A program made the translations under genes and the position numbers. A stretch of DNA of 57,496 nucleotides, the filler included, from Sphacelaria rigidula (taxonomy: Eukaryota), in assembly GCA_964200075.2 (NCBI GenBank). It is 5 parts of 5 records of this genome, joined end to end, with 100 filler letters (N's around TTAATTAATTAA, not from the genome) between each part and the next. Parts side by side here need not be neighbours in the genome. Positions count along the whole stretch, not along the records: positions 1 to 11,423 come from CAXNAA020004935.1; 4 more parts are not named here. One strand, given 5' to 3'. The notes beneath the pieces were generated by a model. It was not told where the DNA came from. It did not search any database and worked only from the letters and a program-made list of their open reading frames with translations. Below, in pieces: positions 1 to 11,523 of this stretch (positions are counted from its first letter, which is position 1; each line of letters begins with the position of its first letter).

Positions 1-39
1 ACAAGCAAAAAAAATCCATCGATTGTACAATGGTACAAC

Positions 40-836
40 ATGATATAGATAAGAATAATAATAAAAAAAAAAAAAAGTTTTTTGCTTTGTTTTTACCCTT
101 CATTTCCTTGTTCTTGCGTTGCGTTTCCGACGCAACAAACCCTGCATTTGGAAACACACGATGAGATGCACAGCAAGCCAATAAAGTGACGGGACGCGGG
201 ATGTGGTCGTTTCAGATTCCTGTGGTTTGCCGTCGTCTGCGAGGCATGGGTGTTTGACTTACGAGATGCCAAACTTGTTTGCTGCTGCAGCCGAATGCTA
301 CGCTGCGAAACAATTGGACACAGCTCAAGATCATCCATGCCATCGTGATTGGTAGCTCCGTGGGTGCGACGCACTTGCCTACGTGGTTTATCACGTCGAC
401 ACCCGCCGAATGAATTGCCAAATGTACCTAGTTACAGCATTTTACTCGAACGCCTTGTTCCGAAAAACTGTTGCAGGCCTCGACAAAGGTGTACACTTGG
501 ACTCCATTCATCGCAACGACCACATCCCGCGTCTCGTTACTTTATTGGCTTACTGTGCATCTCATCGCGTGTTTCCAAATGCAAGGTTTGTTGCGTTGGA
601 AACCCAACGCAAGAAAAAAAACATGAGGATTGAAAACAAAAAATTGTTGTTCTTGTTGTTTTTATCACTCCGATTTATATCATGCTGGGTGGCGACGTGA
701 TGAACCACATAGGCAAGTGCGTCGCACCCACGGAGCTACCGATCACGATGGCATGGATGGTCTTGAGCTGTCCAATTGTTTCGCAGAATAGTAGTTGGCT
801 GCAGCAGCAAACAAGTTTGGCATCTCGTAAGTCAAA
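40..836. repeat. Permuted inverted repeat: A(~40-211) B(253-404) ... A'(515-~686) B'(687-836)
   Basis: 515-686 is the imperfect reverse complement of ~40-211 and 687-836 is the imperfect reverse complement of 253-404 (e.g. gggacgcgggatgtggtcgtt vs aacgaccacatcccgcgtctc). Confidence 0.85.
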
Positions 837-2771
837 GTATCTGAATCATCACGTGTTGCTCAAGTCTAGAAATTGGTCGATAAAACGGGCAATTCTTCAT
901 CTTTTCCGTGAAAAAAACGATATTTTCCCTCGACAGCTCTATGTTCTGATTCCTGTTTTGTCACGATTCGGCGTGTTTTTGCTATCACCTTCCGCGCTCG
1001 CTTGTGGCACTGATCTCAATAGTTTGGGAGGAAACGGGAAACCTCGTGAACGCGAGTCGACGAGAATTACGAGTGTTTCAAGAACTCGACGTCTTGACAC
1101 CAAACGACAGACGTTTCCATCGATTCCACTTTCACTCGCCGCCACTATGCGCCGAGGAGCATTAAAAGGGTTCCTGTCTTGGCAGTGGTATGGACAGCTA
1201 CTGTTTCTGTCAAACCGTGGTACGTAGGACTATCGCTAGGAGTATTGCATCCGCTGCTATGCAGCCAGCGGTAAGGACCACACGAGCTCTTCCGTGGGAA
1301 TCCTGAACACACATACCTGGTACGACGCACGAGAGAGTTTGCCCCACGACTTCGGGAACCAGCTCTGTCCAAGGAAAGACCAAAAATAAACGTTCGCTGC
1401 TGGTGGATTTTATCAAGGGCCACATAAACGGCAGGAGAGCAAGGCCTCTCCACCAAGAGCACACGCTGAAACGCATGCTTCCACAAATCGTACGCTAATG
1501 TATTCGCAACATACTCGGGTGAAGAGCATTTCGTGGAGAAACATGGGTATTTTTTCTTTCTAAAAGAGCGCACGCGTTCTCCGCAAACTTTCACGTGGTT
1601 TTTGAAGAACAGCATGCGAGCATTTTCCTCTCTTTCATGGAAAGCACATCACGAGTTTCATGCGCGAGGACTGGTACTCATCGAGGGAGGAAATGCTGAG
1701 GAGGGCAAGCACTTGCTCGACATTGCGGTATCTATATATATTTTCCTCAATCGGGTTGGCTCGTTTTGCTGCACCTTTGTAGGTCCACTCTACCACAGTC
1801 TCATCCGGCGCCGGGAAGAATTGCATACTAAACGCCAGTTTTAGCTCCTCCAGGTCTTTGCCAAATCGCCAGTTCAGCAGCCTGAATATCGTCGCGACAG
1901 GAACGAAATGCCCGAAAGCCGACATGTAAAAGGGGAAGCAATCGGTCGGAAGGTCCCAGCAAGCGATCAAAGCCTACTTACACCAAAGCAGAACTCACAA
2001 CACACTTCATGATGGTGAAAATATTAGTACGCGGCACGTCACACCAAGCATCTATACTCAAACAACTTCGCACGCATTGTGCAATGACCCACTCTTCTCT
2101 ACAGTCAAGTGCGCGATGGAGAACAACAAACGCGCGGCCAGCGCTCTGCTGCACAGGCGTCGATGATTCACGGTTTGCATGCGATGTTCCACGATAATGC
2201 GGATGGGACCTTGATTACCCTGTTCTACCTGCGATTTTTTCAAAATGTGTACTGCAGGAATAATTATTCATTTCAAACCAAGCTGAACTTGTTCGCATTG
2301 GCGTCCGTGGGACTCACAGGAGGATGGCCCCTCTGCAAGATTCACAGGAAAGCGACGACATACTTTCGCAGTCAACGGATGGCTGAGCCACGCAATTACG
2401 GCACGTCGAGAAGGGTATCCAATACTCGTGCGATCGAAGACGTCGCGTTAACTGGTGAAAAACACCATTACCAAGACGATTGAGTTGGAACCGTTGGGGA
2501 AAACAACAGATGTTGAATTAATAGCACAAGTGCTTGGTATCGCGGTAACGAGGGGCAGTCCGAATCGCAAGCGTTGAACGGCAAGAACTACTGTGGTGTG
2601 AGGACTCTCACGAAAGTGGGCCTCCAGAAACACGCTCAGGAAACATTTGGATATCCTCAGGATAAGCAGTAACACCGGACTCATGCAGAAAGTACCAGCG
2701 TCAAGGTACGCGCAACATTTTGGTTGTCCCAACGTTTTGACAAGTCTCGCGTATGGCAAACGCCCGCTTAA

Positions 2772-3808
2772 CCCTTTTGGGACCAGGCCTCCAGAACGGC
2801 CAGTGAGGCTGGTCAGGAATAACGTGTCTGGCGTCTGCACGAGACAGTGGCGTGTTGCTGAAAATCCGCGTATGTAACCACAGGGTTATGACGAAGACCG
2901 AAAGTTGCATCTGATATACTTTCAGGTGCAGGGTACGCATTAGGCGGTATACATCTGATGTAGCAAGCAGCATGGGTCGCGGTAGAGAGCTTCCAACAGG
3001 ATGCGGCGACCGGCGGGCCGCCCGCCGCTCGTGGCTTTGGATGATACTAATGTCCCCATCACCTTGCCACACAGCCCTTTCAAGGTCGGGGTGGGCCACC
3101 ATTTCGCTCTTTGCTGCATGCGGCAAATTCTCTTCGAAAGGTATCAGCGTTGCGGTGCGCACGCATACAACAGTATAGTACAGTATAGTGTAGTACGCCT
3201 CTCCAACTAACGCAGCAGCTGCCGCTGCATACTCCCTAGCACGTTCTGGGTAATTCTCAGCTACCGAGATCAACTGCCTACATATCGCTTCTTCATCCCC
3301 GCCCACTACATACATGTTAACTGCACACTGCAAGCCATCGGCAAAGGGATAAGCAGAATTCATGACGGTGACTCCTGTTGTCTTTCCACGGCCCACCTGG
3401 GTTTAGTGCCTCGTGAAAATGGTCATATTGTAGCATGTACACTCCTTCACGGTTTTTCGGGTCGACCCTGTGTTGGTGAAAATCACCACGTTTTAGTATT
3501 AAATTGTGACCCAAGAAATCCACCGGAAAACTCGAGAACGCTGTACTGAGTGCAAGTAATAACATATCACCAAGCTTCGACCGCCCTACACTTGGACACC
3601 TGGGGAGGCTTATCTGGGCCAGGGATAGGGTCCCCACACGATCTTTGCAGTGAGATGACACTCGCTAACAACCCCCGCGCTGGTCGTTCGGGTCTGGTCG
3701 ATAAATTTCGCCTCGCCATGATTGGGCAGGTCGCTCAAAGACTTGTTTTTAACTATTTCACGAACACGGGGTCAACCCTGTGTTAGTGGGGGGTCGGTCC
3801 CAAGAGGG
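2772..3808. mobile_element. Non-autonomous piggyBac-like element (1037 bp)
   Basis: TTAA at 2768-2771 and 3809-3812. Termini CCCTTTTGGGACC and GGTCCCAAGAGGG are a 12/13 inverted match. TTAA target site plus CCC termini is the piggyBac signature. No transposase inside. Confidence 0.8.
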
Positions 3809-4399
3809 TTAATAAGAGCTAACGATGATTGTATGAATGAATTACCCCAGCTTCGAGCATCAAATCTGCGGTGAAACGTGGCCAGAGTCGGCCAGACCCC
3901 GGCCTATCGCTCCGTCCCGACATTGTAGGGATATATCATTTTCTATTCGAAGAGGAGGAGGTACATACTGCTACACGCTGGTTTCATCGAGAGTCAGTGG
4001 GATATTTAGAGAACCTTCCCCCGGATATACTTCTGAGTTCTGACGTAAACGTTCGCACAAATATCCGGAAGCACTAAAAAAAAAAAATGAAATGGGTCTC
4101 TACTTCCAGATATTGCGACATGAAGAGCGGGGGATTATTGTACGGACATACACAGAAGGGTGCCCTAGACGATTGCGGACACGATGGTGGTGTTCCTGTT
4201 TTGCGATTCACCCCTCATCCCCAGAAAATATATTTGTTGCCTTTTGGAGTATGAAATATAGTCACGGTAGTCGGAACAAGGGTAAATACGCTACATCAGG
4301 ACGTTAACTAACGCCGAATACCTTGAACGTAAAAACCCCGCTCAACCACATGCTGACATCATGACCTCGGCAGCGAGTCCCAAGGCGTGTGGAAATTCC

Positions 4400-6124
4400 C
4401 AGGGATATACACGTTACACGTGCCATAGCGTTACACGTTACGTACACGTTACGTTTTGGCCGAAACGTAACGTGAACGTAAAAAATCTTTTGCGTGATGA
4501 ACGTAACAGGGACGTAACGTTATTTTTTTTAACGTGACAAGTTTCATGTAACGTGTAACGTCTATCACACGTTACACGTGCATTAGACGTTACACGTTAC
4601 ATGAAACTTCATAAAACACGGTACATGACGCGGTGACACTTCACCTTAGCGATGAATCTTCAAACCATCAAAGGTTGTGCTTCAATAAAAACCAGTGAGT
4701 TTGAATGACCATGGTATAGGGCATACTATTTCAGCAAGTTTGCACGCTCCGCGCCACCTCACACATCATAAGCGATCATGACAGCATAACATCATAAAAA
4801 TCATCATCATCTTGACCACACTCATATCGAGAGACCGGATGTAACGTACACGTGCACGTGGCGTTCACGGGCACCAGAACATGGCATGGATCCAGGGGGG
4901 GGGACGGCAGGTCCACAACGAGGGGGTGCTGCAGCAGCCTTAAGCCAATCTCGGCCGTTGCCTGCAGCTGTAGCATCTGATGAGAGACTCGCCTACCTCG
5001 TGGCCGATGACTTGCAGTGTGCAGTCAACATGTATGTAGTGGGCGGAGATGAAAAAGCGGTATGTCGGCAGTTGATCTCGGTAGCTGATAATTGCGCAGA
5101 ACGTGAGAGGGAGTATGCAGCGGCAGTTGCTGCTGCAGTCGGAGAGACGTACTGCACTGTACTGTGATATACTGCTTCGTATACTGTATGTATTCGCGCC
5201 GCAACGCTCATACCCTTCGAAGAGAATTTGCCGCATGCAACGAAGAGCGAAATGACGGGCCACTACGACCACAAAGGGCTGTGTGGCAAGGTGATGGGGA
5301 CAATAATATCATCCAAGGCCACAAGTGGCGGGCGGCCCCCCGGTCGCCGCATCCTGTTGGAAGCTCTCTACCGCGATCCATACTACTTCCTATCTCAGAT
5401 GCACATTACCTGATGCGCACCCTGCACCTGAAAAAAGATTGGATGCAACTTTCGTTCTTCGTCATGACCCTGCGGTTACATATGCCGATTTTCAGCGACA
5501 CGCCACTGTCTCAGGCAGACGCCAGACACGTCATTACTAACTAGCCTCACTGGTCGTTTTGGAAGCCCGGCTCCAAAAGGGTTAATACAGATTTACATAT
5601 GTAGAAACAAGGGTACCCGATACAGTTATGTCTGCGAAATGCCAGGACGACGCAAGCCCGCGTCCAATCATGTTCACGAATTGTTGTGTGTACAGTATCT
5701 ACTGTCGTGCGAATGACAGAGCATTCCAAGATTGAAAATTGAAGATTGGCAACAAAAAGGTGAAACGAAAAGAGGAGATATGAAAATAATACCGTCAAAA
5801 AAGAATGAACGATACACGGTAGAGAGAGTAATGTTACACAAACAGATAATCGCCGACGCTGAAACATACGACGTGCAACCGTCGGCGACACATAGCCGGT
5901 GACGTCACGCGTTACACGACACGTTAGAACGCCTGGAGCACTAGTAAACGAGCCGCGACATGCACAGAATAAAACATTACATTCGGACGTTACACGTGTC
6001 AACGTAACGTTAAACTAGACGTCACATGTTACATGAAACGTTACATATTACGTAACATGCAACGTAACAACGTTAAAAAAAAAACGCGATGAACGTAACG
6101 TGAACGTGTAACGTGTTTATCCCG
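4400..6124. mobile_element. Non-autonomous hAT-like TIR element with ACGTTAC/GTAACGT subterminal arrays
   Basis: Left end CAGGGATATACACGTTACACGT and right end (reverse complement) CCGGGATAAACACGTTACACGT. Dense subterminal motif clusters at ~4410-4610 and ~5860-6120. Flanks gaaattcc / gaaatgta give only a partial 8-bp TSD. Confidence 0.65.
5002..5581. mobile_element. Truncated inverted second copy of the piggyBac-like element (one end only)
   Basis: Reverse-complement homologue of 2772-~3342, ending CCAAAAGGG followed by TTAA (5582-5585). The opposite terminus was not found. Confidence 0.75.
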
Positions 6125-6419
6125 GAAATGTAGCGTTCAGAATGAAAGCGGTGTTTGCGTAGGCGTTTACGAATTCTGACAATGTGGGACGCACGTACAG
6201 AAAAACGGTACGGTGTCTGTCCTTGTTTCCCAGCTGCAGTGCCGCTGCCAGTAGAAAAGTTGGCCATCGCAGCTAGGTTGCCGCACACACGAGTACAGAT
6301 ACCATCACCAGCAACAAGTAGCATTCATCTAGCAGCGGCCGACTGGTATATGCAGCACAAGTAGGGAGAAGTAGGCACGAACTAGCGCGCTTCGCAGAGG
6401 ATCGATCGACTTTTACAGC

Positions 6420-7993
6420 ATGTCCGGCATTGGCGGGGGCGCGGCTCAAGCAGGCGGAGATGAAAATCTGGCACCACACGGAGACGGCATAGCTGGGGTG
6501 GGGGCCGGTGGACTTCCCATAGCCGGCGGCGGAAGCCAAGCACACCAAGGCGGCGAGGGGGTGGCAGGGCATAACAATCCACACGCGGCAGCAGCAGCGG
6601 CAGTCGACCAACCTCAGGGCGTAGTGCAAGCACCCGTCATGTCGCAGCAGGTGTTCCAGCAGCACATGCTGGCGGCAGTGGCCCAGTTGACCAATCGCCT
6701 GCAGACGGTCGAGAATAACCAGCAGCCGCAGCCGCTACAACTGCCACACGCACCCCCACAGCAACCACCGCTGCAGATCGGGAACGGGTGGCAACAACCA
6801 CCACAACCGCAGGTTTCAGCAGCTGGCGCGCAAGCGGCGGCACAACGGACCGCAGCTGAACAGGCGGGTATAAAAGCAAATGCAAAACGTGCCGTCGACT
6901 CGTGGCGGGCCACCACTGGGCCTATGTTTTTTCTCCTGAGGGGGGGCTTTGACGTGAGTGAAGATCTCACTTTCCACCCACAAGAGCTCACGCTCGAGAA
7001 GGTGGCTCACGTGACGCACGCATCCGCTAACCAGCTTCAAACCCTGGCCAATTTCAAGACAATGGACTTAAAAAAACCGGTGCCACCAGGCTCGAACTCC
7101 ATGGATATGCCCGCTGATGTGCATTTTCACACGTTTGTCGCGTCCCTGTTCACAGTTTTGCTCACCCCCATGGAGCACGCTCCCGAATTATGCAAGACAC
7201 GCACGCACGCTCTTCAGTCGGAGTTCGAATCAGTAGCTAACCAAGTAAGGGAGTATACAGATTACCACTACACATCACTGTACCCACATAGAACGACGGT
7301 CCGCGACAAGCTTCTAACAGCCACGGACACCGGCATAGAGGAGTTCTTCTACCGAGTGGCACTTCAGGCACAACAGCTCCGGAGGACTTACCCGGCCGTA
7401 GTTCCGCCGTCGACGACGGGGGAGCCGGTAGCGGCGCCGGCTTTTACAAAACTTGAAGCCCTCGTCACCGAGGACGGGCCCAACTGCCTAGTTGAGAAGT
7501 CCGCTTTCTAGCCGGCCGGCGAGGCAAAGACAAACAAAAAATGGAAAGCGACATCGCAGGCAGGCCCCCCAGCTCCCCCATCTTCGAGCATCACCACGCC
7601 GGCGGGTCCCCGTCGACCTTCGTTCAGCGGAAAGTCCAGTGGCAGACTCCTAAGGACGTTTGCGTTTACCACTGGCAAAACATACCGTGCACGCACAACA
7701 ACTGCAAGTTTTCTCATGATATCGTGTCCCCGCTGGCATCCGGGCAGGCACAGGCTACGCCGACGCCGACAGCGCCGGCGCCGGCCCAGACACCACCACC
7801 GATCCCGCCCCCGCAGCCTCCGGCAACCCCAGCACAGCAGGCACCAACTCAAGCGCAACAACTGCCTGCTCACCAACACCAGCAATCGGCGCCCGCCCCG
7901 GCACCGGTAGCACGATATTCACACAGCTACGGAGGGCGCAGCGGGGGAAGGGGGGGTAGCGCCGCTGGCGGGAGAGGAAACGGTAGCGGATGA
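6420..7993 (+). pseudogene. gag: Gag-like ORF with CCCH zinc finger and RGG tail (disrupted)
   Basis: ORF 6420-7511 is Q/P/A-rich and ends at an in-frame TAG. The frame continues past the stop, then shifts at ~7640 into CVYHWQNIPCTHNNCKFSH (7661-7717) and GGRSGGRGG. Confidence 0.6.
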
Positions 7994-8399
7994 GGGCGCG
8001 GGCTCTGCCTACCGGCAGGGCCGACATTGACAGGAGAAGCAGGTAGCGACGTAAACACGATGTTTGCGGACGCCTCTACGTCCGTGGGGCTTATCGGGGC
8101 ACCTTCACCTGGGTCGGTTCCAGCGACCCGGTTTCATGGTGAGAGATGTAGAGAGCAGACAGAGGTAGCGGTGCCTTGCGACTGGATTTGTGAACACATG
8201 GGGAACCAGGGTTACGAAGGAAACGGGGTATCAGTGTGCCCTCGGCAGTTTGTCACGTCAGTTCACTCAGGACACGATAGCGTAACCCACCAGATAGTGA
8301 AAACCCATTCAGTGTCGCTCTCACAGGCGGTCGGCGTAGCGCCGCCGACAACAGTAACCCCTGGTACATTGGAACAAGACACGCGAGTTTTTCATGCAG

Positions 8400-8970
8400 C
8401 AGGGACCAGTTACGCCATTCATAAACATGGGGCCAGTTACCCCTTCAGTGACCGTGGGGCCAGTTACCCCTTCAGTGACCGTGGGGCCAGTTACCCCTTC
8501 AGTGAACATGGGGCCAGTTACCCCTTCAGTGACCGTGGGGCCAGTTACCCCTTAAGTGATCACGGGGCCAGTTACCCCTTGAACGATCATGGCGCCAGTT
8601 ACCCCGTAAGTGATCATGGGGCCAGTTACCCCAGCAGCGACCGTGGGGCCAGTTACCCCAGCTGTGACCGTGGGGCCAGTTACCCCAGTAGTGACCATGG
8701 GGCCAGTTACCCCTTAAGTGATATGGGGCCAGTTACCCCTTCACTGACCGTGGGGCCAGTTACCCCAGTAGTGACCGTGGGGCCAGTTACCCCAGTAGTG
8801 AACATGGTGCCAGTTACCCCATTTCTGACTACGGGGCCAGTTACCCCTCCAGTGAACACGACGACAGGTATTCCACCAGTGATCGTAGGATCAGTTGCCA
8901 CCTCAGTGAACACACGGCCAGTTACCCTTCCCGCGAACCAGGGGCCAGTTACCCCGCTGCTAATCCCTCA
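8400..8970 (+). repeat. 27-bp tandem array (~21 units) encoding GASYPxS(D/E)(R/H)
   Basis: Core GGGGCCAGTTACCCC recurs every 27 nt. A 1-nt deletion near 8722 switches the ORF-track translation to GPVTP. Confidence 0.95.
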
Positions 8971-9259
8971 ACGGATCAAGGAGCCAATAGTTCCGCGTCC
9001 GGTGTCAGACAGAAAACAGGTATAACATGTGTTGGTTTTTCAGTCTAGCGGGTCGGCGGCGGTGCCGCCTCCTAACGGTGAAGATGAGGCGGGACAGTCT
9101 GACGCTGAACTAGTAGCACTGTGGTACTCAGAAAAAGGAGAGTTGGAAACATTAGGTATCACAGCCAAGAAAAAAGAAGACATTCTGATATCTGCAGGCG
9201 CATCACAGAAAAACACGGTGGACGCATTGGGGATGTCACAAGGTCTATCGGGGGAACGC

Positions 9260-10545
9260 TAGTCACGCCGCCGGTAGACCCGCACGAGATCAGGAAGTAT
9301 TGCTGGGAGAACAAGGGTTTCCCGCAGACGGACGAACTCGTTACTATCGTAGCCACAGGTGTCCCCGTCGGCGCGACAGTCACTGCATCCCCCACACAAG
9401 AGAACCTCGACTGCGCACTACAGTACGGTAACCACAGTAGCGCCCACGACCAACCACCAAAAAATTGGGGAAAACTGGGAGATGATGTACGCAGGGGAAC
9501 GTGTCTGATAGTCGAAAAGTCGGCCGCCCGAAAAATCCCGAACCTGCGCTTGTCCCCCCTAGGAGCAGTAACCACACACAAAGTCCGCATAATCAACGAT
9601 TTGTCTTTCGACGCACAACGCACTCGGAAAAGAAAAGGAGGGCTGAACGGTGACACAAACTCTGAAGACGTGCCGATCTGTTTATGCGGAGAAGCGGTGC
9701 AGAAGTTCCTCAAAGAGCTCATTTCGTTGCGAAACAAATATCCCCAAAAACGCATACTAATGGCAAAGGCAGACGTATCGGATGCGTTCCGTAATGTGAG
9801 GATAGATCCAGACCACGCCCATCAATTCGGCTACGTTGTGGACAACCTAATCGTGTGTGACTTCCGGCTCACGTTCGGTTGGTCAGGTTCGCCAGGTTTC
9901 TGGGGAGTATTGGCATCGGCGGCAGAACACGCCCACTGTAACACAAACATTGACAACGCAGTTCTACTGCCAGAAGGCAAGGAGATGACAAATCACGTAA
10001 AGATAGTCGATAGGTGGGAAACGGGGGACCCCACACCAATTCCAAAAGATTCTACGACCACCCCACACCCAGCAGGAGGCTTACATGACAATTTCTTCAC
10101 GGCAGTGTACGCAGACGACTACCTGCAGATTCGCGTACAGCACTCCGATGACGTCACGAGCGCATTGATCGCGTCCGCGTCCCTCGCATCCGACCACGTC
10201 AGACTCTTCGGCAACGGAGAAGAAGGCGAGACTCCTATTCTAGCCCCCCAAAAGAGTACAGATTGGGATATCGAGATAGAGGCGTTGGGCCTGACCATAA
10301 ACTCGCACACTATGCGGGTTTCCGTATCCCGCGAGAAGGTCGAGGCGCTCCGACAGACGTTGCTAACCGAGTGGCCCCCCACTCGACGTTCAGCGACTGC
10401 CCAAGAAATATTGAGCCTGGCGGGAAAGCTGTGGAACCTCACATACGCAATGCGACCAGGTAAATATTTCGTATGGAGGACTCTGCGACTTGCGGGGCTC
10501 CACGATTCTAGAGCGAGAGAGCCGCATAGTAGAGGTAAGAAAATA
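9260..10545 (+). pseudogene. Reverse transcriptase, DIRS/Ngaro type
   Basis: Motifs SPLGAV..KVRIINDLS, KADVSDAFR, RLTFGWSGSPGFW, VYADD (YADD at 10108-10119), KSTDW..IEALG. Frameshifts at ~9260 and ~10545. Confidence 0.9.
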
Positions 10546-10546
10546 A

Positions 10547-11220
10547 TTTCACGCCGACCTGAACTTTTGGAAGTGGGCCATCGAGGAAAAACTACTGCAG
10601 CATAGTGAGTCTCCGAGTGCACCCTGCTACTCCATAGTAAAGCGACCTCTCCACCGACACTATCTCTCGGACACAAGCTTCGAAGCCGTAAGCGGCTACT
10701 GCCCAGAAAAAAGGACATACTGGAGATACGACTTACCACCGGAACTTACCGCAGAACTCAAAAGAAGAGCTCAACTTCGCGAAACATGCACGATCACGAT
10801 TAACCTCTTGGAACTCCTGGGGATGGTACTCACCGCTTGGGTCATGCTCGAATTGGTAAACGACAAACCCGAAAATCAGGGTGACCCAATCTTAATGCGC
10901 GGGGACAACGTAGCGGCAGTCACGTGGGTCAACCGGTGCGGGGGTGCAAAAGATAAACGCGCAGGGTTACTCATGAGAACCCTCGGGAGGCTGGAAATCA
11001 CGGGGGTGTGGAGCCACGAGGCAAAACACATTCAAGGGAGTCAAAATGTACTCGCGGATGGAATTTCATGCTGGCCACGGGCGGAGCTAGCCAGACGAGG
11101 AAGGGAGCACACCCACGACAATAACTGGTCAAAACAGGCCATCGGTCCACGGGGGGAGGGCATCTTCCACACCATCCTAAACCAAGAATATCACCGTCCG
11201 ACACGACAAAACGCTGTGAA
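10547..11220 (+). pseudogene. Tether and RNase H (DIRS1-type RNase HI)
   Basis: One frame reads FHADLNFWKW...YLSDTSF...TINLLELLG...RGDNVAAVTW...HIQGSQNVLADGIS, with all four acidic catalytic positions present. Confidence 0.85.
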
Positions 11221-11423
11221 CACTATATTCGTGAGATTTAGAGGGCAGTTTCAGATTCAGAGTGGATGCTCTAGGGTTCCTAACATGCAACTTCCCCCCC
11301 CCTTTTTTTGCTTGAGCACACGTGCTGTGCATACAGCTACCGTATAGTACCCCATTCGAGGAATTCGGCGGTCTGGTTGGTGAGATACCGCACAAAGCAT
11401 TTTTACGCCTGAGGGGGCATTTC

Positions 11424-11523
11424 NNNNNNNNNNNNNNNNNNNNNNNNNNNNNNNNNNNNNNNNNNNNTTAATTAATTAANNNNNNNNNNNNNNNNNNNNN
11501 NNNNNNNNNNNNNNNNNNNNNNN
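11424..11523. other. Artificial contig linker (44N-TTAATTAATTAA-44N)
   Basis: Six-frame stop spacer between N runs, identical to the other three linkers. Confidence 0.98.

Larger units (their letters stand above)
6130..11230 (+). mobile_element. Decayed DIRS-order (Ngaro-like) retrotransposon, 3'-truncated
   Basis: Gag-like ORF, RT and DIRS1-type RNase H in order, with stops and frameshifts. No methyltransferase or tyrosine recombinase visible. Boundaries approximate. Confidence 0.8.

Noticed and set aside
8400..8970. CRISPR-like or DGR/retron-type array next to an RT
   Set aside because: The 12-nt variable parts are related to each other rather than unique spacers, the period is a multiple of 3 within an ORF, there are no cas genes, and the RT is a eukaryotic DIRS-type enzyme.
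10108..10119. YADD as a sign of a group II intron, retron or LINE RT
   Set aside because: Surrounding motifs and the downstream DIRS1-type RNase H place it with tyrosine-recombinase retrotransposons. GCA is one change from a Val codon (YVDD).
11468..11479. TTAATTAATTAA as a biological motif or piggyBac target
   Set aside because: It is an identical artificial six-frame stop linker centred in each N gap.
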